64,000 nucleotides of DNA. It comes from an uncultured Terracidiphilus sp. GTDB taxonomy: Bacteria > Acidobacteriota > Terriglobia > Terriglobales > Acidobacteriaceae. The stretch is from contig CAZKJB010000001.1 of NCBI GenBank assembly GCA_964552975.1, forward strand, positions 3,897 to 67,896, in the 5' to 3' direction. A program made the translations under genes and the position numbers. Shown piece after piece: positions 58,260 through 64,000 of this stretch (the first letter of the stretch is position 1; each line of letters starts with the position of its first letter). The notes beneath the pieces are model-generated. The model was not told the origin of the DNA and ran no database searches. It was given only the letters and a program-made list of their open reading frames with translations.

Positions 58260-60116
58260 ATGGGAACCCTAACTCAAGCGCAAATCCGCAAAGAGAAAGC
58301 CGAAGCCACAGACCCTGAGGCCCGGAAGCTTAGACTCCTGAGGATTGCGTTCTGGTTGGTTGCTGGGTTCACCGGCTTCCTGCAGATTTGGCTTCACGAC
58401 CGCATCATCTGGGCGGATACTCTCTCCTATCTCGATTCCGGAGACCTGCTTTGGCGAGGCGATTTCGCGAATGCTATTACCAACCATTGGAGTCCAGCTC
58501 TTCCGTTCCTGCTGGGACTCGCACTGAAGATTTTGCATCCCGTCGGGATTTGGGAAGTGGCGGTTGTAAAGTTGGTCGACCTTTTAATTTTCTTTTTTGC
58601 GATCGGTAGCTTTGACTTTGCCGTTCACCAATTTTGCCGCTATCACGAAAGAAGCTTGGGCTCCGAATTTCATGGAGCAAAGCCCGCCATTTCAAAACTG
58701 GCGATAACGTCTGTTGGTTATCTGCTGTTTATTTGGACCATCACACGACTGCTTCTCGCATGGTACACAACTCCCGACGTACTGGTGATGGGCGTTGTGT
58801 TTTTGATCATCGGGTTGCTGTTAAAGATAAAAATGGGCTCAAATGGACTCTCTACATTCGCAATTTTAGGTGTCGTCCTTGGTTTCAGCTATTTAATAAA
58901 GGCACCTATGTTCCCTCTCGCATTTGTGTTTCTGGGTATGGCATTCTTGCTTGTTGGAGATTTTAAGAAAGCCATTCCGCGAGTCCTGTTGGCCTTCGGA
59001 CTTTTCGCGATAATCGCGTCTCCTCTTGTCTATGAATTGTCGAAGTTGGCTGGCGGCCTGACCTTTGGGAAGAGTGGAGCCTGGAACTACGCGAGGACCG
59101 TGAACGGAATCGGTGTGGCCTATCACTGGCGGGGGCAGCCCGCGGGCACAGGAACACCGCTGCACCCAACGCGGGTGATTTTTCAAAACCCAACTGTCTA
59201 TGAGTTTGGCTCGCCGGTGAAAGGGACTTTTCCTCCGTGGCGGGATCCCTACTATTGGTTTGCGGGAATCACTCCGCACTTTGAACTCAGAGGGCAGTGG
59301 AGGGTCTTCAAAGCAGACCTGAAAATTTTCGAAGAGGAAGCATCGGAGCTCGAGCCGGGATTCATTTATGGCTTTTTGATTCTCCTATGCATGAGCAGCG
59401 ATAGGCGCCTCATCGGCAGGATCGTCGCCAAGCAATGGTTTCTCCTCTTACCTTGCGTTGCAGCTCTTGCAATGTATTCAGTGGTGTTGGTTGAGGACCG
59501 GTATATTGCTCCCTTTCCCGTCGTAATAGGGTTGGTCCTGTTCTCGGGCCTTGCGGTTGTGCGGTCGGCGAATTCTCTCAAGCTTGTAAATATGACCGTG
59601 CTACTGGCAGCGGCATTGTTCGCTGCTTCGTCGGCAAAGCCTGCGGCAGCCGAGTTGCTCACATTTGCTAGGTCGCTGCACCATCACGAGATATTGGGCC
59701 GCGAGGAACCGTGGCACCTCTCTATGGAAGCTGTGAGCGATGCTCTTAAGACGCGAGGGCTTCAAAGAGGGGATCAGGTTGCGTACATTGGAGAAATACA
59801 TGATTTTTACTGGGCGAGGCTTGCCGGTTTACAAGTAAATGCGGAGATTCTGCAGCAAGATTCGACGAATTACAACATTAACAAGCTCATTCCGAGGACC
59901 AGCATTCCGGGCATGGAGCCGAATGTGGACATATATTGGGCCTCGCCTCCGGAGCTAAAAGAAGAGATTGATCGCGCCTTGTATAAGGTAGGCTCGAAGG
60001 CCATCGTAACTGACGCCTTTCCTGACGGCGGAGAGATGAATGGTTGGGATCACGTACCCGGTACGCCCTATTACATTCATATGTTATCGGCTTCTGGAGA
60101 GGGCGATAGCAAGTAA
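58260..60116 (+). CDS. Polytopic membrane protein, probable GT-C glycosyltransferase
   Basis: WADTLSYLD after TM1, WSP, TPD, YLIK, RYIAP; many TM segments. Confidence 0.6.
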   Translation: MGTLTQAQIRKEKAEATDPEARKLRLLRIAFWLVAGFTGFLQIWLHDRIIWADTLSYLDSGDLLWRGDFANAITNHWSPALPFLLGLALKILHPVGIWEVAVVKLVDLLIFFFAIGSFDFAVHQFCRYHERSLGSEFHGAKPAISKLAITSVGYLLFIWTITRLLLAWYTTPDVLVMGVVFLIIGLLLKIKMGSNGLSTFAILGVVLGFSYLIKAPMFPLAFVFLGMAFLLVGDFKKAIPRVLLAFGLFAIIASPLVYELSKLAGGLTFGKSGAWNYARTVNGIGVAYHWRGQPAGTGTPLHPTRVIFQNPTVYEFGSPVKGTFPPWRDPYYWFAGITPHFELRGQWRVFKADLKIFEEEASELEPGFIYGFLILLCMSSDRRLIGRIVAKQWFLLLPCVAALAMYSVVLVEDRYIAPFPVVIGLVLFSGLAVVRSANSLKLVNMTVLLAAALFAASSAKPAAAELLTFARSLHHHEILGREEPWHLSMEAVSDALKTRGLQRGDQVAYIGEIHDFYWARLAGLQVNAEILQQDSTNYNINKLIPRTSIPGMEPNVDIYWASPPELKEEIDRALYKVGSKAIVTDAFPDGGEMNGWDHVPGTPYYIHMLSASGEGDSK

Positions 60117-60349
60117 CCTGCACTTGTCTCAGCTCAAAGCTGATTCCAAAGTCATTGGAAACAGTTATGAATCCCAGGAACTAATGGCGAAGGCGATCGC
60201 CTACCTGATTCCGGATCCTGGATTCAGCCGATGGTCGTCCGCCACGGACGGCGAAGGAGCAGCGGCGATGCAAGCTTCAGAGATTGCTGAAGCAGGGATA
60301 GGAAATACTTAGTCGTGTGACTACAAGGTCCCAAAAGGTGGAGGCCACT

Positions 60350-61429
60350 ATGAGTCGGAAAAATTCCCTTCGTTCTCGCATAAAAACGATTCCCGTAATA
60401 GGTCCAGCGGCCAAACTCGCGAGCCGCCTGCGCAAAGGCCTGTTGAAGGTGAAGGATGCTGAAATAGGAAAGGATGCCAAGGTGCGCATGAAGCACAGGG
60501 TGTCCTGGTATTTTTCCCAAAATCCACAAAGTCAGAGACGTTTCGCAAATCATTTTCCAACAATGACCGCTGGACAGCGAGAGCTCGTTGAAGCCTTGAC
60601 CACGAAAGGGGTCGCGACGGCAAGTTATGTTCAGGCCGGTATTGAGGCCGGCGACTGGAATGCGCTGCAGGAGAAAGTCGGCGAGTTTGCTCGTCTGTCG
60701 AATGATCGAATCACAGCTGCTACTGCTTCCTACTCGGATAACTTGGACTTAGGCGCGCTTGAGCACAACCGGGAGCGTTTCAGGCGCTTTTTCCGGGACA
60801 AGAGCGAAGCGAAGCAGGATGACTACATCCTCAAAATGAATCCGGAAAACTCAACTCATCCCTCAAATCATCCACTGCTTACGATCGGGTTGAGCGCGTC
60901 GGTTCTTCACGTAGTGAGCAGCTATATGAATCTCTGGCCGAAGCTTATCTATACTGACGCTTGGTATTCCATCCCCATGGATCCCGGCAAACGAATTGGG
61001 TCACAACAGTGGCACCGCGATCCAGAGGATAAACAAATGGTCAAAGTCTATTTGTATTTCTCTGAAGTCGACGAAAGCTGTGGGGCCATGGAATATATCT
61101 CCGGTACCAGCAACACTTACGGCCGCACCGGCAAGAAGATCGGCGAGTGGAAGGCGGCTGGAGCAGATTTGTATCCCTCGGCAGAATTGGTCGAGCAAAG
61201 TTTCTCCTCTGCCCAGCGCCTCTATTGCACAGGATCGGTTGGTACACTGCTGTTTTGTGATACAACGGGCCTTCATCGCGGCGGAATCTCTAGATCCAGG
61301 CCGCGCATCGTCGCCACATGGACCTTCGTTACACCTGCCTCCCCAAGCCAGCGCAGATTCACCGTTACTCCTGTCGAATCGAAGCCCCTAAGTGAAGAAG
61401 CCCGATTTGCCTTGGATATCGACAATTAG
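60350..61429 (+). CDS. Fe(II)/2-oxoglutarate-dependent oxygenase (PhyH-like)
   Basis: WHRD (HxD), KVYLYF, DTTGLHRG (distal His), RxR; GGAGG SD. Confidence 0.75.
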   Translation: MSRKNSLRSRIKTIPVIGPAAKLASRLRKGLLKVKDAEIGKDAKVRMKHRVSWYFSQNPQSQRRFANHFPTMTAGQRELVEALTTKGVATASYVQAGIEAGDWNALQEKVGEFARLSNDRITAATASYSDNLDLGALEHNRERFRRFFRDKSEAKQDDYILKMNPENSTHPSNHPLLTIGLSASVLHVVSSYMNLWPKLIYTDAWYSIPMDPGKRIGSQQWHRDPEDKQMVKVYLYFSEVDESCGAMEYISGTSNTYGRTGKKIGEWKAAGADLYPSAELVEQSFSSAQRLYCTGSVGTLLFCDTTGLHRGGISRSRPRIVATWTFVTPASPSQRRFTVTPVESKPLSEEARFALDIDN

Positions 61430-61603
61430 CGGCGAGTAACTTGGGTGCCTTTAGGCGATTAGAGTTCGCGTATTACTGCCAATCTGCAATCGCTGCTACA
61501 GACCATGCATGATGGTCGACATCAAAAAAGTGGTCAGACGCCGACGGCGGCGCGCATCCTCAAATTCCCACCTTCCTTCCAAATTTCTCTACGCGGGTCG
61601 ACA

Positions 61604-62809
61604 ATGTCTGAAAAGTTTGCTCCCGGAGCACCTCCAGCAGCCGATGTAATTCCCCTAATCGTGCCCGAGATCCGCGGCAACGAATGGCGCTACGTAAAGG
61701 AATGTCTCGATACGGGATGGGTTTCGTCGGTGGGCTCCTATGTCGATCGGTTCGAGCAGATGGTGGCAAAACAGGCTGGCACCAAATATGCAGTCGCCAC
61801 CGTAAACGGCACCAGCGCCCTACATATAGCGCTCCTTGTTGCCGGAGTGATGCCTGAGGACGAGGTTCTTGTCTCGACACTGACGTTTATCGCGCCCGCG
61901 AACGCGATCCGCTACGCCGGGGCCTGGCCAGTCTTCATTGATGCTGAACCGGATTACTGGCAAATGAACCCCGAGCAGGTTGTCGAGTTTCTTGAGCAGG
62001 GTTGTCGCTGGAACAATGGAGCCCTATACAATTCGCGCACTAGGCGTCGCGTCGCTGCCATCCTTCCTGTTCATGTGCTTGGTCACCCTGTTGACCTCGA
62101 CCCAATTTTAAAAATTGCTGAGAAGTATGGCTTGAAGGTGATCGAGGACGCGACCGAAGGACTGGGCGCGACTTATAAAGGCCGTCACCTCGGCTCTCTC
62201 GGAGACTTTGGCTGCTTTAGCTTTAATGGCAATAAAATCATCACCACTGGTGGTGGCGGTATGTTGGTGACCGACAACGAGGAATGGGCTCGTAAGGCGA
62301 AGTATCTCACCACACAGGCCAAGGATGACCCAATCGAATACATTCACGGTGAAGTGGGATTCAACTATCGATTGACGAATCTTCTTGCTGCAGTCGGTTG
62401 CGCGCAAATGGAGCAGCTCGATAACTATGTCGGCAAGAAACGAAAGATCGCCTCGCGCTATTGCGAGGCCCTTAGGCACCTCACCGGAGTTATTCCGATG
62501 AAGAATGCTCCCTGGGCTGAAAGCACATTCTGGATGTATACGATTCTCATCGACGAGGGCGAATTCCGCGCAAATTCCCGCCAACTAATGAGTGCGCTCG
62601 GCTCGCTTAAGATTCAATGCCGTCCTCTTTGGCAGCCGATTCATAAGTCACCCGCCCACGCTTCGAGCTACGTTGTGGAGTTACCCGTCGCTGAAACACT
62701 CGCTCGTCAAGCATTGAGTCTGCCGTGTTCGGTTGGTCTCTCCGAATCAGACCAGGACACGGTGATTGCCGCCCTGCTCGAATTAGTCCGAAGCGCGAAG
62801 CTGCCGTGA
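61604..62809 (+). CDS. legC: LegC-family DegT/DnrJ PLP aminotransferase
   Basis: VKECLDTGWVSSVG, NGTSALH, EDATE.LG, SFNGNKIITTGGGG. Confidence 0.85.
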   Translation: MSEKFAPGAPPAADVIPLIVPEIRGNEWRYVKECLDTGWVSSVGSYVDRFEQMVAKQAGTKYAVATVNGTSALHIALLVAGVMPEDEVLVSTLTFIAPANAIRYAGAWPVFIDAEPDYWQMNPEQVVEFLEQGCRWNNGALYNSRTRRRVAAILPVHVLGHPVDLDPILKIAEKYGLKVIEDATEGLGATYKGRHLGSLGDFGCFSFNGNKIITTGGGGMLVTDNEEWARKAKYLTTQAKDDPIEYIHGEVGFNYRLTNLLAAVGCAQMEQLDNYVGKKRKIASRYCEALRHLTGVIPMKNAPWAESTFWMYTILIDEGEFRANSRQLMSALGSLKIQCRPLWQPIHKSPAHASSYVVELPVAETLARQALSLPCSVGLSESDQDTVIAALLELVRSAKLP

Positions 62810-62948
62810 TTGATCCCTATTCTGATTTGGCGCACAGCGACAGCCCAGCCTCGATTTCACGACTAGAAAACCACAAAGCCCAAACTGATTCAATGGTGCT
62901 TACGAGAATCCCAATGACCTCGCACGCAATAGAGAAGGAACGGCCGGA

Positions 62949-64000
62949 ATGACGCCGGGAGCGGTCTACGTGCCTGGCGAGGTACGACAGTCCGGATTCC
63001 TGCGAACAACTGCTGCTGCGCTTCGGCCCAGGTCGCAGGCAATCTATGTCGCGGTCATTTGTCTCGTCCTGGCGGCAGCAGTGTGGCTACGCTGGAGCGG
63101 ACTCAACTCACAGAGCATGTGGGCAGATGAAGGATTCTCGGCGTGGTTCTCGCAGTTTTCTCCCGGGACACAGTGGCATCTTCTTTCTTGGGACACCCAA
63201 GGGCCGATGTATCATATCGCGCTTCATTACTGGGTTGCTCTGTGGGGTACTTCAGAAATATCATATCGGGCGCTATCAGCTCTCTTCAGCACTCTCTCAT
63301 TGGCTGTGTTCTTCCTGATCGCGCATAAGATGTGGCCGGACCGGCTATTTGTCTCTCTGAGTCTAATGCTGTACTCATTCACATTCTTTCAAATTTGGTA
63401 TGCAAAGGAAACGAGAACTTACGCCTTATTAGCTTTCCTACTCTTGACTAGTATCTATTGCATGCTATTGTGTCTTAGTCAGCCAAGTATGCTTCGACTA
63501 CTTGGCTTGGCCGCGGCTCTCTCTGCGGCCCTCTACACACATAACATGACACTGTATTACCTTCCTGGCTTGATGGCCTTTTGGTTCGTTTATCCGTCGC
63601 AGATCACATTGGGAACTCGTCTACGGTATGTAGTAATTCTAGCGGGCATCGTGTTTCTCCTATACATTCCATGGCTTCCAACCTTAGCCAGACAGGTGAT
63701 TTCGGTTCATGGATACTATTGGGCGCCCAAGCCCAGCGTAAAGGATCTCCTTAGCACGTTTGACATCTTTAGCGGCATCGATATTTATGTTCTCGAGGGA
63801 CTAAGGCAGCATCTCCCTATCAGGCGAGGATTAGGCCTTCGGACCTGGATGCTGATACCCCCCGCAATTCTTGTGCTTTCTATGGCCGGCACCTGGTGGG
63901 GAACTCGGTCCATAGATCGTCGTAAGAGCATGGCCCTGCAGCTGTTGGCGCTATTCCCAATATTGTTAGTGTTTTCTTGGAGCCAGGTCTCAAGATCGGT
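62949..64000 (+). CDS. GT39/PMT-like GT-C membrane glycosyltransferase (runs off the window end)
   Basis: Manual translation: MTPGAVY...LRWSGLNSQSMWADEGFS...GPMYHIALHYW..LWGTSE.SYRALS...YAKETRTYAL...LYTHN; AGAAGGA SD; no stop seen in the part translated. Confidence 0.8.
   Translation, partial: MTPGAVYVPGEVRQSGFLRTTAAALRPRSQAIYVAVICLVLAAAVWLRWSGLNSQSMWADEGFSAWFSQFSPGTQWHLLSWDTQGPMYHIALHYWVALWGTSEISYRALSALFSTLSLAVFFLIAHKMWPDRLFVSLSLMLYSFTFFQIWYAKETRTYALLAFLLLTSIYCMLLCLSQPSMLRLLGLAAALSAALYTHNMTLYYLPGLMAFWFVYPSQITLGTRLRYVVILAGIVFLLYIPWLPTLARQVISVHGYYWAPKPSVKDLLSTFDIFSGIDIYVLEGLRQHLPIRRGLGLRTWMLIPPAILVLSMAGTWWGTRSIDRRKSMALQLLALFPILLVFSWSQVSRS

Overview
The whole window is one co-oriented (+ strand) surface-polysaccharide biosynthesis locus of about 50 genes, truncated at the right edge. 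Gene content and order suggest an Acidobacteriaceae-type bacterium (inference; no database search was possible). In order it contains: a NusG-paralog antiterminator; an export/regulation core (short OPX/Wza, outer-membrane beta-barrel, co-polymerase, ExeA-type ATPase, tyrosine kinase, priming phosphoglycosyltransferase); amino-sugar and deoxy-sugar enzymes; GT2/GT4 glycosyltransferases; an amidotransferase and deacetylases; two acyl-carrier-protein cassettes (ACP-FkbH-FemAB-GT2-GNAT-VOC and FabL-ACP-ligase-LuxE-LuxC-methyltransferase-FabZ); both Wzx/Wzy and Wzm/Wzt export; and a legionaminic-acid-type pathway interleaved with a B12 radical SAM enzyme, a 2OG-Fe(II) oxygenase and three GT-C membrane proteins. 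The best candidates for novelty are four. (1) A priming transferase fused to a degenerate GGDEF-like domain with an intact RxxD I-site. (2) A ketosynthase-free, ACP-templated acyl-tailoring pathway. (3) Repeated multibranch RNA structures in the large spacers, several occluding Shine-Dalgarno sites. (4) A duplicated wzm/wzt junction that creates a mini-ORF. No rRNA, tRNA, IS element or CRISPR array was seen. All calls come from motif recognition by eye and all RNA pairings were found manually, without folding software.
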